Of a stretch of DNA of 64,000 nt, positions 39,819-55,997 are shown piece by piece (position 1 is the stretch's first letter; each line of letters opens with the position of its first letter). The position numbers and the translations under genes were made by a program. Location of the stretch: NCBI GenBank assembly GCA_012295275.1, contig CM022672.1, positions 15,934,001-15,998,000 of the forward strand, read 5' to 3'. The notes below the pieces were generated by a model. It was not told where the DNA came from and searched no databases. It worked only from the letters and a program-made list of their open reading frames with translations. The stretch is from Chrysomallon squamiferum (taxonomy: Eukaryota; Animalia; Mollusca).

Positions 39819-41815
39819 TTTATTTATTTTTGTATGCTGCACTGTATTTTAATTTTAAATAATTGGTATTTATTTTTATTTATTATTATTATTATTTTTT
39901 TAATTTCAAACAGAAAACTGAATTGAAGCAATACTTATTTATTTTTACTGTTACTATTGATGATGATGATGGTAATAATAATAACAGCAGCTGTAAAATA
40001 ATAACAAATGGCTTTGTAATAATTGCTTTGTACCTGGTATAGGTGGCTGTGGTGCAGATGCTTTTATTAATTTCAGAAGTGCTTTAGAATAATCACAACA
40101 CAAATCCTAAACTAATTTTAGAACTGAGCTCAGTTTATTAATTAACCTATTCATATATTTCATAAATATTAAATTTGTATCATTACTACTACTACTACTA
40201 CTACTACTATTATTTACAGAAACATATAAATCTTTTTATAAATATTTTATGAACATTAAAACAAAACAACAAAATAAATAAATAAATAAATACATAAATA
40301 AATAAATAAATAAATAAATAACAGCAAAAATATTTTACTTGGTAGACATTTCACCTTTGGGGTCAACCCAGAGATGAATACGAAACTGACCTAGCTCTGT
40401 TTACCTGTTCTACTTTAAGAATTAAAACCAAACTTTACCTAAAACATGACTCACTACATTTAAATTCAAACAAACCACTCAAGGTTTCCAAGTATAAACA
40501 GCACTTTTCAAATAATCAATACATTTATGCTTTATTTTAACAAGGTGACAAGCTTTTGTTGTGTATCTTCCAAATTTTTCTCTCTCTGTTGTTGTTGTTT
40601 TTTCCAGCAGTGAGCTGCTGGTTGTTTGCTGCCAGCTAATGTGCTTTCTGGACAGAGTGAGGAATATTTAGGCTACTTGATGGCATGTGATATCCGCTGA
40701 AGAAAGTACAACAGTTTTGGTTCTGGAAGTTTTTTGCTGTTTTTTTTTCCCCATCAGGCATCCTGGTGTGAAATTCTTTAACGGAAAACTTCCGAAATGT
40801 TAAATGTTTTTATTTTTATTTTTAGACTGCTGTTTTTGTAATTTAAATCTATATATATAATTTTTTTTAAATAGAAAATATATATGTATATATATATATA
40901 TATATTTTACTGTTTTAAAAAATTAAATAAATAAGAAAAAAACAATTCTGATTAAATATCTCACCATTTATTTCTGAACTAATCTGTTATTTATTTATAA
41001 ATTTATTTTTCAGACACAATGAAGTACAGATGAAAAAACATAAAACAGATTGACAATTACAAATAGCCATAATGTCATGGCCTCTGATTTAAACAGAGAT
41101 ATCAATACATATATCTAAATTTGATATTTCTTCTTTTCTTTTTTTAAAATTTATTCAATAAGTCAACAAAACACTAAAGAAAAGCCCTTCCCTCCGTTTA
41201 TTTCAATATCGATTTATGACATGAGTGGCATGCATGCCGTAAATATGTTGTACATATTACACACAGCCACATTTCAGTACTCTAGTCAACAATGAGTCAA
41301 AACTATTTCTGGGTCAGAAATGCCTCTGTATAATACTTGACACATTGAAATGTGAACCAGTTTTGTTTCCAATTAGACCACTGCACCAAAACACACTGCA
41401 AACTGCCATTCATTACCATTCAAATACGATATTACCCAGTTTGAATTCAACGACTTCTCTTCAAGCCACGTAGAGAAAAAACAGAACAAGAAATATAAGA
41501 CAAAGCTGTAAAGCATGTAATTACAATACGACACAAGTCCCGCACACTGACGTAGCTGATTATTACAACCCACTGCGATCACACGGATACCTGAATTTGT
41601 TTACTATTTCATCAAAAAACAACAGCTTTATGATTTTATTAATATTAATGTTAATATTAGCATTGGTATCAATATATCATTATTATTATTATTATAATTA
41701 TTATTATAATTTTGGGTGACTTTTTTTTTTTTTTCATTTTTAATTGACATCTTTGGGTGCAGAAATGGTAATTAGAAATTATTTGAATGAATGCAACATC
41801 TGATGCTTAATTAAT

Positions 41816-41851
<36 letters not shown>

Positions 41852-43355
41852 GATTCTCAAATTTTCAATACAGCTGAAGAGAAAGACTAAAATTTCTCAT
41901 CGGTTTGTGTAACTGTCTGTGGCCACTTGAACATAAAAAAACCCTCATGTTGATACACCTTCTTCATAGCACATGGTACAGCACCAGGTGCAGATCTAGT
42001 GGAGATCAAGTGGGGGTCAAGGGAATCTCACAAACTCTTCCTTCTCATCAAACATCCAGAAATACTTTCAGTTTTTTATACTGCCTTACCAGAAGAGACA
42101 ATGCATACAAGTAAAGGTTATGTGGGGTTTAATCTTTATCATATACAATTAAAATATATGCTGGATTTAATTGTTTTCACATATAATTAACACATATAGA
42201 GAATTTAATTGTTATCACATACAATTAAAATATATGTTGGATTTAACTGTTTTCATATTCAAATAAGGTAAAATGTGCAATATGTTTTCAAATATAATTA
42301 AATTATATATGGGAATTAACTGTTTTTCCTGAATGCTCATGTTGGATTTGAAAAACAAACCACAAGCATAATTTAAAAAACATGGACATTTATCTGGGGA
42401 CAAGGTGCTTCAAGCCTGTGGTACTGTGGACTTGAAATCTTCTGTTTCTCATTTATCATACAAGATAAATGTACACACCAGTCAGTGTTCCAGGTTCTTC
42501 ACATCAAGCAGTTTTCCTGTCCATTTGTACAGTGAAGACATTGACATGAGCTGGCAAAATGATATTTTTTTCTGGCAGTCATCATAAAGCTTTGGCCAGG
42601 CATCTCTGAATTACAGGAGACATCCTGAACAGATGAAAAAAATACCAACTGGGCCAAACAAAAGTTTAAAAGTCTTTGCTCATCTTCCCATGGGTTTAGC
42701 ATCAAAGTTCAAAGGAATCTTCAAAGCCAAAGGAATGCAGCGTTCCTTCAATGGCAATTTCTGCCAAATGTTGAAAGCTCGGTCCCCTCAAGAAGAAGAA
42801 ATCTTTAAGATTCCTAAACTCTCTCATAAGAAATATGACATTTTACTTTGACACGTCTTTTGTGGAGTTTTTTTTTTTTTGTTTGTTTTTTAAGTACAAA
42901 AAAAAAAGAAGAGAAAAGGAGAACAAAAAAAACAAAAAAAATGGCCTGACTATGTGATGTTAACATCACGTCTTTTTGTGGGCATAGAGTAAAGTCAAAG
43001 GTGAAGTTTTGTTTGTGTAAGAGAGTTATTAATACCACAGGTAGGTAAAATGAAACACTCACTCCCCCATTACATATATACAAAAAACATTACAGACCTA
43101 TATATATATACATGTTCATATGTATACATGTGTATGTAAAAACACATTATATATACACAACATTCATACACACAATAAAGATGAAACTGAAAAATATTAA
43201 AATAAATTAAAAATGTTTAAAACAAAAAGTCAACAAAACACAAAAGGAAAAAAAATGAACCTAAGAAACCTGTTTGAAATTCACATTAAAAAAATATAGT
43301 TTATTGTGTTTTGTGATTGCTAATAATAATGATGATGATGATAATAATAATAATA

Positions 43356-43396
<41 letters not shown>

Positions 43397-45323
43397 AATA
43401 ATAATAATAATAATAATATCATCATCACCATAATTGTCATCATCATCATTATTATTCGTGAGCATTAGCAAAATGATTTATCGACTAAAAATGTTTTTAA
43501 GACGTTTTAAACTGCTATTTATTGTTCCAACAGATGTGCAGAATGCACTTCTCAGTTCCTGTATCACAATATCAGTTAACTGCTAAACACTTCATTTTGT
43601 ATTAAAAATGTAAAATACCAAATTGTTTTGCAGTTCTTTACGTTGTTCTATTATTTGACTAAAGTGAGTTCATCTTATCTTTTTTATTTAATTTTTATTA
43701 CTACTATTATTTTAATTTTTTGTTTTGTTTTAAAAAATGTGCACTTATTATTCAATTTTATTCAGTCATGCGTATGTAAACAAATACCATCTTACATTAA
43801 TAATAATAATTCGGCAGTATATAAAACTATAAATTTAACTTAAAAATTAAAATGAATTTAAAAAAAAATAATAATTAAAAAATGAATTTTACAGGATACA
43901 GTTTTAAAATAACAATAACAATATAAAATATGTACTAAATAAACCTAATTAATAACATTTAAACTGAAAATGAGAAATACGGTGTCTAAAATTTTAAAAT
44001 TTATTGCATAACAAATAAAATAGACTTGAAAAGAAAAAATAATAACTGTAATAAAAGCTTTTAATGGATGATAATTTTGGATTGATTGCTGAATCATTAT
44101 GTAAAATACCACAGTTGTTGTTCATAGCAAAATGCTGTTGATTTTTTTCTTTTCTCAACAATGATAAACACAACAGTTAAGAAAACACTGACTTGTGGTT
44201 TGTCAGGCTAAAAATTAAAATACAAATCATAACTGAAGTCGAAAAAAAAAAAAAAAAAAAAAAATTTAATAATAATAATAATCCACAAAACATCAAAGTT
44301 GTATCCACTTTAGAATTGCAGCTAAGAGACAGAGAACAAAAAGGCAAAAAGGAAAATCAGAAAAGAAAAGAAAGAGAAAGGAACTCGTGCAACGACTATA
44401 CAAAACACAGTCTTTTCACTGACTTCAGACATGTTTAGAAGAACTTAATGTTAGCATGGCACCTCAATTATTCTCGTATTGAAACTTCATGAAATGAAGA
44501 TACACATGTGCCGCCAGCCGCATACAAATGTGTGTTTCTATAATCACCATGGTTACGAGCGAGTGGTAATGAGGCGATTGCAAGAGCTATACAAAGAAAT
44601 GCTTAAAGGTTGACTGTATTCAGAAACGAGCTTCTTAAATTGATAAAAAGCTAACTCAAAATGATTATTACTTCAGAAATATACTTTTTTTTTTTTTTTT
44701 TTTTTTTTCATTCTTCAATAATCCCAAAGACTTTTTTTTTTGTTTGTTCATACATTCAGGCTGCCATTATTCCAGTCCTATTGCAAGAGCTGATTGAAGC
44801 TTGGTATCCTGCCGAGGCCTTCGCCCACCGTTCAGCCAGGCGTCACTGAGCAGCCAGGCATGACCGTATGGAAATTTTGCTATTAGTATCCTGCTGGCAT
44901 GAAAAAGTAACAGTTTGTAGAAGACAGAAGTCTGACAAATTCTGGTGCTGGGTTCAAACCATTGTTCCTCCTCAGATAAAGGAAAAGAAAGAATCGAGCC
45001 AGGATTCTGAGTAAACAACAGTCAGCCTGGACAACCAGTTTTCATTAGTTTATCAGTAAATGCATCTCTCAACTCTTCCAATCATTGTTGTCTTTGTGTT
45101 GTGCTTTCTCTTCCCATTTTTTTTTATGATTATTCTATTTCTCTCTCTCTCGCTCATTCTCTTTCTCTCTTTCACCTTACCTCTCCATCTCTCTTTCTCA
45201 ACACTCACTCTCCTTTTAATCCTCTGTCTTAATCTCCATCTTTCAGTGTATGTTTTCTCTTACTCATTTTATCACTAGAATTCTTTTTCATTTGTTTTCT
45301 TTCAGTCTCATCATCTAAATACA

Positions 45324-45325
<2 letters not shown>

Positions 45326-45383
<58 letters not shown>

Positions 45384-45384
45384 C

Positions 45385-45447
<63 letters not shown>
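45326..45447. repeat. Interrupted (CT)n microsatellite
   Basis: Directly visible. Confidence 0.95.
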
Positions 45448-45452
<5 letters not shown>

Positions 45453-45984
45453 CCACACATACATTCGTATTCTCAAACTTTGAACAAACAAAGGATATGA
45501 ATACTGCTTTAGAAAAGTGGCTTGGAACGTTTCATGGGGGACTTTGAAAATGGTCAAAAAGACTCTTTCCTTCCTTTGTGCCATTGTCTGAGCTGTCAAC
45601 GGCAAATCAAAAACTTACTGAGCCTTGTGTAGGGTCGGGCTAATCCGCTTAAGTCTGTACTTCAATCTAAAGTGCTTGGTATGTCAAGAAACACCAGAGC
45701 GACACTACATCAGACCTACATTAAGCAACACAAGCGGCAATAACTTACACACTAATGAAATACCTATCCTGAGTACACTGTATCAGTCAATGATGTGGAG
45801 AGGTTTTTAACATGTGGAAGTGGCCAGGCCTGCCAGAGATGAGAATTTGTCATGAATTCCCAGAAATTATATATTCACTTATGTACAGTTATATATTCAC
45901 TTTCCCCACAAGCAGCTTACACATTAAATAGTAAATATCCCGGTGAATGTATATGCTAAAATTTTTGTATCACCATGTATATAT

Positions 45985-46320
45985 ACTTGCACGAAACATT
46001 AAATAATTCAGTGTAGGTACATGAATAAAACGTTTAATATTCTAGTATATTTCCTTGTATAAAACATTTAATATTACAGCATGAGTACTTTGTATAAAAC
46101 ACTAAATATTCCAGTATATTTCCTTGTATAAAACATTTAATATTCCAGTATATTTCCTTGTATAAAACATTTAATATTCCAGTATATTTCCTTGTATAAA
46201 ACATTTAGTATTCCAGTATATTTCCTTATATAAAACATTTAATAATACTGTATATTTACTTGTGTAACACATTAAATATTCCTATACATGAACATGTAAT
46301 TATAACACTTAATATTCCTT
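45985..46320. repeat. 34 bp minisatellite (TCCAGTATATTTCCTTGTATAAAACATTTAATAT)
   Basis: CCAGTATA occurs at 46111, 46145, 46179 and 46213, with degenerate flanking copies. Confidence 0.92.
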
Positions 46321-48280
46321 TGTTATATAAACTATTCTTCTGTATGTACTTGTTGATAAAAAATCTGATATCTTAACAGAATATTTGCATAATAAAATTT
46401 AACGTTAAGAACTTTTTAACTTGAATTTGAAATTTGATAAGGCTTTTTACACATTCTGCAAACTTCTGTGTACCAGTCATAAAAATGTCAGTACATGATT
46501 CAACAAGTATTGTTTTCATTAGTCACTTTCTTGGCATTTTACAATAATCAGCTTTTCTTTTTATAAAATATAATAATTAATTAATTTTATTTATTTATTT
46601 ACTTACTTACTTACTTACTTCTTTTATTTATTCATTTTTATTAATTTATTTTTAAATTTGTCATATCCCTCCATCCAAAATGTAATGAACTGTTATCAAA
46701 AACAGTAAGTTTATCTCTCTCCATACCAAATAGTGTTTTATTTTAACACATCTTTGTTCCTTGATACCAGACTGGTTTACAGTTAGAATATGTACACCCC
46801 ACCATCCCAACAAACTATTTCATAGCAGTAACATGTTGATATCCATCTATCCAAAACATAATAAATTGTTTGATCTATTATCATTTTCTTGTTATTGTTG
46901 TTGTTGTTTGTTGTTTTGTAACACACTATTTTATAGTAATAAAGTACATATCTTTCAGTATCAAAACATAATAAACTGTTTTAATGTATGTGTGTGTATA
47001 TATATATATATATATTCTTCTTCCTTTTCAAAATTTATTTTCTTCTTTTTTTGTTTGTTAACACACTATTTCCTAATAACAAAGTTTATATTCTTCAAAA
47101 CCAAAATGAAATAGACTGTTTTAATAATGTTGTTTTATTGTCTATTTTTCTCAGTTCTCACAGTTGTACAGAGAATGTAAAAACACTGTTAGTTTAACTG
47201 CAGCTTGTGCTATTGTTTCCAAGCAGAACTCCGCCAATGAAAACATCAGTAAAAGCCTCAAAATGATGGAAGCTGACAATATGTTATTTATTCTGCAGCT
47301 CATTTTTTTTGTTGTTGTTGCAGGAACAGTATTGAATCCACACATCTGGTACACTGGCAAGTGGGCAGGGTTGGGTGGGTTCACTTTTGTACTCAGAGTT
47401 CCCTTCTCAGTGTTTTATTTTTCACTTAATGCATCATCTATGTATGGTAACGAGATAGTACAGATTCGTCAGATGAAAATCCTTTGATGTCTTTCAAAAT
47501 ATAAATATTTGTTTTGGATTTATGGACTGCCGTGAGATACTGTAGCTTATTGGATCAAAACTGAGTAAAATGTCTATGTCAAAAAAAAATCAGAATTTAT
47601 GAAAAGCTGATTATTCAAAATGCTTTTATTTTATTATAAATATTTCTCGATCAAAGAAACAGTTTAGATATTACCAAAACCTTTTCTTTTCTCGACTTTC
47701 AACAAAATGAATAAAAACACAACATTTTAAATTTCATTTCTTAGACTGAAAACACACACAGATAATGATTAATTTTTTTTAGACTTTTCATTTTCATGCA
47801 GTGTATCACATTATTCATAAAAGTATAAAAACCACCATAAATTTTCCGTTTTCATTTTTCCCCCACAGACTAAAATAATTACCGATTTTTGCTTCATAAA
47901 AGTTTCACTTGTGTTGGTGTTATAATTAAGCCCATACCTACGATGAAGTGATTTAATGTGATAACTTGGCAGTGAAGAATGCCAGTCTCCAAACAAGCCC
48001 TCTGACTGTACTTTCAGTCATCACAGGGCTGAGAAAAAGACTGAACAATGTCTTCAAACAAGAGTGTGTTGATTTTAAATCACAGTGAAAACACACAGGA
48101 CAGGGTGTGATATGCCAGGATCTTTATTCACTTGGTCTGCACTTAATCAGTGAACAGTTTAAAAAGAAGAAAAAGAAGAAAAAGAAGAATTTTGTAAAGA
48201 AAAGTATTCTTGTTGAGAAGATGACCGTTTTAAAGTTTTTGTGTGTATTTGTTCTGTGGATATAAAAATACATTGTCTGT

Positions 48281-48316
<36 letters not shown>

Positions 48317-51300
48317 GTGTGAGTTTGGTTAAAACTGTATGAACATGAGTATATGTGTTTCTCTGTGTATCAGTATAAATGTATGTGAAAATATATGTAT
48401 GATTGCATACACAAATATGCACATATATTCATGCAGACATGTACATACACACACACACACACCTGTGATTATTGATTACTCAGGTGGTTTCATCAACATC
48501 TTGTATCACAGTCAATATTTATCTTACATCATTTATATCTATCTAGCAGCCCGCAGGCTAATCTAACAACTGAGCTGGAAATGCTGGCACAATCAATCAG
48601 TGTCAGTGCTGCTGTTTTGTCTGTCAACTGTTTTATGTTCATCTAATAACACCACTTAATGCACAGCCCACAGTAATGCACAGTTCCAGTTTAAGTAACA
48701 TTATCATATAGATAGTGTGTGTGTCTTTGTGTCTGTGTTTCTGTGTATCTGTGTGTGTCTGAGTCTGTGTATCTGTGTGTGTCTGTGTGTGTTTCTGTCT
48801 CTGTGTGTGTGCATGTGTGACAGGTTCAAATAATGCATGTATAATAATGACACAGAAACTGACATATATGTATTAATTTTAGATAATTATGTATATATTC
48901 TTATGTTTTATATATGTATATATGTATGTAAGTACATATGTATGTGTGTGTGCATGTATACCCATATGCATGTCTTATGAGTGTGAATGAATAAGTACTA
49001 CTAATAGAAGCAACAACAGCAGTATTAGTAATATAAGTAACAGCAACTAACTGCTTCAGCAATACAAACAGTAGTAGTAGTAGTGGACGTTATTCATGTA
49101 ACTCAACCTGTTTCTCAACAGTTTTATTTGTCTCAGCTTCTATAAAAGATGGTGTGCTAAAACCCAATAAATAACTGACAACCGATCTCACATACAGACT
49201 GCATGGGTCAACATTCCTACAAGCTGCCTGACAACAATCCTAAAGGACAATTTGTTCCTATCATTATCTTGAAGCTCGCAGGCAACAACAATAGAAGGCC
49301 CCTGTTAAGAAAGCTACACCTATAAAACACAAGGGCTATTCTGTTTCACCTGATGTCGTTAAAAATGCTACAAAGGCTCCAGTTTTTCTGTCTCTCTTTG
49401 CCTGCAGTTCACCTGAACACGACTCAAAGATGCAATCTGCAGAAGTGAAACTGTAAAGTTTTTGAAGAAAATGACCCACCACACGCAAACATAGTATGAA
49501 TCTGAAGTTAATTCTGTTAATGTACTATTATCATCATAATCATGATGATCATCATCATCATCACTGTTATTATTACTTTTAATTAACATGTGATTAAATC
49601 TTCGTACACTGTTTACTTGCAATCATTACTTACAATGCTTTCACTTCATTCTTTTAAAATATACACCTATACATATACATATATATTTCTTTTTTACTTT
49701 CTTTTTTTATTTAATTTAATGATTAATAATGAAAGTGAAAAACAATAGCAACATTTACGTATTTCTATTTTATTTAGTTTACAATAATGTAATATGTATA
49801 TATATATATATAATACTCTTCTTTCATTTTTAAAACTGAAAATGTACTGTTTTAAATTATTATTGTATTTTATTATTAACTTATTGTATATTTAGCTGTG
49901 GACAGAGCAATATTTACAATTTATTATTTTAATTAATATAATATTGTATATTTAAGGAGGTCCTAATGAAATATTTATATTGTATTATGATTATTATTGC
50001 CATTATTATTATTATTTTAATTAAAAAATATAATTTACTGTTTATGTTCTGTATATTTAAAATATAAATTTAAAATTAAAAAAAATTAAAAATATTTTAT
50101 TGTTGTTATTTTTTTAAGGCTACAGATAATGTTAGCATAATGACTCCAATACCTATAAATTATCATACTCATTTCAATATTTTTTTTTAAATAAAAATAT
50201 ATAATTTAGAGTTTAGGTGCTGTATACAATAATTCAATACTTATTGTATTCAAATTTCAGTATTTTAATTTTTAAATTAATAATTTATTTTGGGGTTCAA
50301 GCACTGCACACTTTGAATGTAATAATCATATATTTACATGCTATTATTATTATTTTTTTCTTCTTTTCTTAGTATATTTAGAACATAATAATTTATTTTT
50401 AATTAAAAATTTATAAAAATAAAATAAAAAAATAAAAAAATAAAAAATAAACAAACAAACAAAATAAAACAACATTCATAGTCAGGTTCCTTTAATCTTG
50501 CAAAACTTTTTTTTATTTTTTTCTCCTTTTTTATTTCTGAGCTTTACATATACAATCAAGTAATTTTATAATACTAATGAATGTTTAATACATAAACAAA
50601 CTCATAATAATCAAAACTATATATATAATTTTAAAATTAAAATTAAATATTTTAGTATTTATTTAAATCTGATATTTATTAACGTACATAACAAGCCAGT
50701 TCTTTTTATTTTATTAAGATAATAATTAATTTTATAATTTTTAAAAATAATTTTTAAAACAAAATCAGTAACTGATTTTACTGTTTATAAATTATATGAA
50801 CTTTAAATTAATTGTTTTTTAAATTTAAAATGTACATTCATTTTACTGTTTACCTGTGTTAAACACTGAATGACACTATTTACGTAGCAGACAAGGAAAG
50901 AAGTCAGTGAACCAAAATTGAACTACAAGTGTCTGTTTTTTTTTAATTTTCTGAGTATTTTTTGTTATATTTTTTTAGTGTTAAGAGGAAAATGTAATAA
51001 AGAAAATAAAATTTAAATTAGGATCTGATATTATGAGACAGTGAAAAAAAAAAAAAAAAATAAAAAAATTTTTTTTTTTTTTTTTAAAAAAATGTCCAAG
51101 TTTAAAAAAAATCAGAGCACAAAACAAATATTTGCCAATAATATTTTTTTCCTAAGTTTTTGTTCTTGATTTGTTTAGTTTGATTTTTATATATATTTCT
51201 TTTTCATTTTAATGTTAAAAATTTAATAAACAAAAACAAATATTTTCTAAGACTGCTTAAACAATAATACATTTTAAAAAAAAAAAATGTATCTTGAATA

Positions 51301-51648
51301 TATTTCATTTTTAATTAAAATATTTTTTTGAAAATAAAACTCTGCCTCAATGTCACTCAATGCACAGATATTTCATTGCACTACAACAAATACACGTTTT
51401 ATATTCCTTATACCCAACACTGTATTAATCAAACAGATTATTATTAATAATACTATTTTTATGTTCTTTTCCCATCAAAGACTTATGAAGCAATTTTACT
51501 AAAGACTTTTCTCAATACAGTATCATTACTCGGTCGATAATTAAGTCAATATTAAAAGAAAACTAATCACATATTAGCTAGCTGTATTCAGCAAAGCAGC
51601 ATATGAAAAATATTTCATGATTCAAGAATTTATTTTTAATATATATTA

Positions 51649-51684
<36 letters not shown>

Positions 51685-54517
51685 CTGTTGCAGTCATAAC
51701 ATATAAATGTAGTATATATTTTAGAGTAAGAAGTGGTAATGCCACCTATACGTATTTTAAATGCACTGAATAATTTTTATTTATATTGTTAATGATTAAT
51801 AAAATTTGCATCACATTATAAAAAATAATTTAAAAAGTATCGGGATTCAATACAATGTCAATGAGGATAAATGCATTAAAAATATATTTAACAGGTAATA
51901 AACAAAATTTCTACATATACTGATGTAAAATAAATATCCTGACAATGTAATATAATTACAGCAGTGAAGTCTGATTTAATTTATTAACTACTTGAGACTT
52001 ACTCAGAGTATTGGCATTATGGATTAAAAGGTCACGTTATTCCACACAGTGTCAAAATTATTAAACTATTTGTACTAAAAATAATTTGTAATATTCCAAT
52101 TAACATTTTCCCCTTAAATATGTGTTAAAATAAATTAATAAATGAATATTTATTTAATATTAATATTAATGGCTAATTGATGTCAGAAGCAAAACAGTTT
52201 TTTTTACTATTTTTTTTCTTCACATAATGATGTGTCAGGAACTTCCGTTATGGCTTTACAATGAGCTAATCCAACTAGCAGCAAGTGACCTTTTACATAT
52301 ACCTTTCCTTAAACAGGAAAACATATAATATCATGGCCTTTGATAAACTAAAAATAGAAAAGTGGAAGAAATAAGAAACTGTTCACAGGTGTTCTGAAAA
52401 GCATTGATCCCACAGTCTGTTGTATGTGAACAGTATATTCTGATATTCTTCTTAATCAGAATGCTTTTTAACTCTTTATTAACAATGCCACTTCTGCTAA
52501 ATAAACTTGTAATTAAGGGCAACAAAATATAATTAATAAATAATAAAAAGTATTTTAAAAACAAAAACAACAACAATAATAATAATAATAAAAAGCTACT
52601 GTTGGATTACAAATCCTCTGAGAGAAAATTCTTTCTAATTATGTTTGTTTTTTTTTTTTTTTACTTCTTCCCGAAGTAATTAAATTTTAATTTTCAATCT
52701 GCTAATCACAATGGTGAATTAAAAATACTCAGCTGGAGACTTGGTAAGCCAAAAAAACAACAACTAAACTTGAGTGACAAGTAGTTGTAGTAATCAAGGA
52801 GTTATCAATTAATAATGGATGTGAAAAAATTGGTCAGATAATTAGATAAATCACAATAACTTTAGAACAATTCTTTTTTGTTTTTTTTGTTAACCTCTTC
52901 TGATTGAAGAGTTACACTAAGTCTGACAACTCTTCTGTATATAATTTGCTACACATTGTGTCATTGTTAAATCTATGACCTGAAATAAACTACAAATCTC
53001 TATTTAAAAAAAAAAAAATAAAAATAAAAATAATGCACATTTTTTATTTCTGTTTCTGAAAAAAAAATAAAAATAAAAATAAAAATTCAATTTGTATGCT
53101 GTAGGATTTAAACAGTACTTTTATAGGTAACAGATTATTATAGCTAACCCATATCATTAATAAATCTTTCTTTTTTTTTACTAAGTGTAAACAAAATTTA
53201 AATACAGAAATAACCCAAAAAAAATATTTAAAAAAAGAAAAGAAAAAGAAAAGAAAAGAAAACAGGTAACAAACAAAAATTAAAATCAAAAACTATTTAA
53301 AGTGAATGTAATTAATTTTACAATAAAATTTTAATAAATAGCATTATATGTAATACTACATACTCCAAAATGATTTCCCAGTGCACATTTTTAAATCCTT
53401 GGCATCATTATCTATGACACATTCACTTATACTACCTGCTACACAACTAGTTTCCATTACTAGAACTAGACTTGCTACGTCAGCTAGAAAGTATTTAATA
53501 GATATACGCTGTCACAACTAATTTTCATTAATAAACTAACTAAACGTGAATGGTAGCTGGTAAATATACAAATAAAATAACGACAACACTACTGCTATAC
53601 TGGACTAATTTTGAATTGTAATTGAGAAATACATTTGCAATGTTTGTGTTAATAAAGATTATTAACATATATATTGATTTGGCAAGAGTACACAACCAAA
53701 ACTGATTAATAAACTTGTTATCTAGACTTTCTGTTTCCATTCAGAAAGGTAAAAAAAATAATAACAGTTTGAGAGTATCAGTATTCAGATAAAAATAAGT
53801 AAATAAATTGTTTCTCTGTTTTGCAAATGTACATTCACCGGGAAAGTGTTTAAATTGATTTTATTACACTAAAAATTTTTTTATCTATTCACTATGACCT
53901 AAACTTTTATTTCCATTTTAACAATAATAGTAATAGCAATAATAATAATAATAATAATGATAATAAATATTTTGCATATCAATACTGTTTATGGTAAGGT
54001 GTGCATAAAATATCCCTTACTGTTAATTAGTAAATAAATACGATGGAACTGCGGCAGACATTTTGTGTGTGTATGTACATGTATCTCTCTTTCTCTCTCT
54101 CTCTCTTTGTGTGTGTGTGTGTATGGTGTGTGTCTAAATTAATTACAAGTGTAACCGATTAACAATAATTCTGAAGTGGAAGGTGACCATGTAGATAAAC
54201 TAACCACATATTATCTGGTTTGCCTGCGAAGTCAGCACCGAGGAGTTACTGGCTAATACAGTGAGTAATTAACATTTAAAAATAGCAAACAGGGTCACAG
54301 AGTACAATGCATAAATGCACTGAATAGACTGCGTAATTTAATACAGTTTTATCAACTACCCATTTTTTTTTTTTTCAAAACCTTTTTATGTGCATTTAAG
54401 TGTGTAATCGGATAAATGTAACTGTATTTACTAAAATAATAAAGGTTAATTAAAATTATTTGTTAAAAAGCATTAAGAATAATGAAAAAAAAAAGGTGTT
54501 TTTTTTTCAAAAATTAA

Positions 54518-54548
<31 letters not shown>

Positions 54549-54782
54549 TTACCTTTTTGTATGTTTCTCTGTGTGTGTATGCTTGCATGTATGTATGTGT
54601 AAGTGTGTGTATATAACTTTTTTTGTTACAGCCTAGCTGTTATATAATTTAAAAACAAATTACCTTTTTAAAAGTGATTAAAAAAAAATAATAATAATAA
54701 AAAATAAACTTCATTACTATAAATAATATCTTCTGTTATCGTATTTATTACATTTAACATGTAAAATCAAGTCTGATAGTTA

Positions 54783-54846
<64 letters not shown>

Positions 54847-55728
54847 GCATTTTATAGACACACACAAATATTATAATAAAATCATAAAAATATTCCCGCA
54901 AATATGCTAATGTCAATCTCATGAATAATCATCATTACTCATTTACATAAAACTTCTGTTAATGGCCTGGGGCTAACTATTTAAGTAGAGGTGTGGCCAG
55001 CTTACTTTGAATATAAATATTTAATATTTTTATTTATTTATTTATATGTACATATACACTTATGCACATTTTAATTTTTGTATTTGAATAAATTATTAAA
55101 ATCAATTTAAAAAATGGAGATGTAAAAATTAAATAATAATAAAATGCAATTAAAAAAATAAAGTATAATAAATTTGTAAATATATATTTTTGAAATATTT
55201 AAATTCAGATAAAATTTAAATAAAATAAAATGTAACAAATTTCTTAATAACAAAACAAAATTAACCTTAGTAAAAAAATAAAATAACATGAACAAAAAAA
55301 CAGAACAAAAACTCAAATTACTTATTTATGCTTGGTGTTTTGATAAAACCATTGTTTATTTTTATTTTGTTAAAAAAACGATATTTACAAAAATGTGCCT
55401 CCAAATAACAATAACAATGAAATGAATTCACTGTCATAAAGTAAATGCACATCTGCAAAAGATGAATAGATATTAAAACATAAAAACATAAGTCTGAATA
55501 TAAAATGAGCAAAAACAAGAATAAAAATGTCATAAATTTTAATAAATGACTTTTGTCAAGATTTCATGATGTGTCAGCTATTTTCAAAAACTATTTTCTG
55601 ACAAAAACTAGAGCATAAATTTTGTATTTTCAACACAGGGTACTAAAGCATGCAGTCATTTTTGTATCTGATTCTTTGCAAATACAATTTAAAAAAAAAC
55701 AACAACAATAATAATAATAATAATAGTA

Positions 55729-55790
<62 letters not shown>

Positions 55791-55945
55791 TAATTTATTT
55801 ATTTATCTGAAAACACTCAGTAAGATAAAATGATAAAAAGAAAAGTTAAAAAAAAAAAATTAATGGAGAAGTGTTGGTTTAATATAGAAATTTGTTATAC
55901 TGTTTTATGGTTATGTACATGTTGATATATTAGTGTTTGTCTCTG

Positions 55946-55997
<52 letters not shown>

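Noticed and set aside
40604-40621. Hairpin CCAGCAG-TGAG-CTGCTGG; also a palindrome at 7532-7548
   Set aside because: Stems are too short to distinguish from chance and are not pre-miRNA length.
42714-42727. 14-nt exact copy (GGAATCTTCAAAGC) of the exon-2 start at 33299-33312
   Set aside because: Several 14-mer matches are expected by chance within 64 kb, similarity does not extend, and there is no acceptor.
42405-42851. GC-richer intronic patch with overlapping short ORFs
   Set aside because: No frame gives a recognisable protein or transposon domain, and I found no compatible splice sites.
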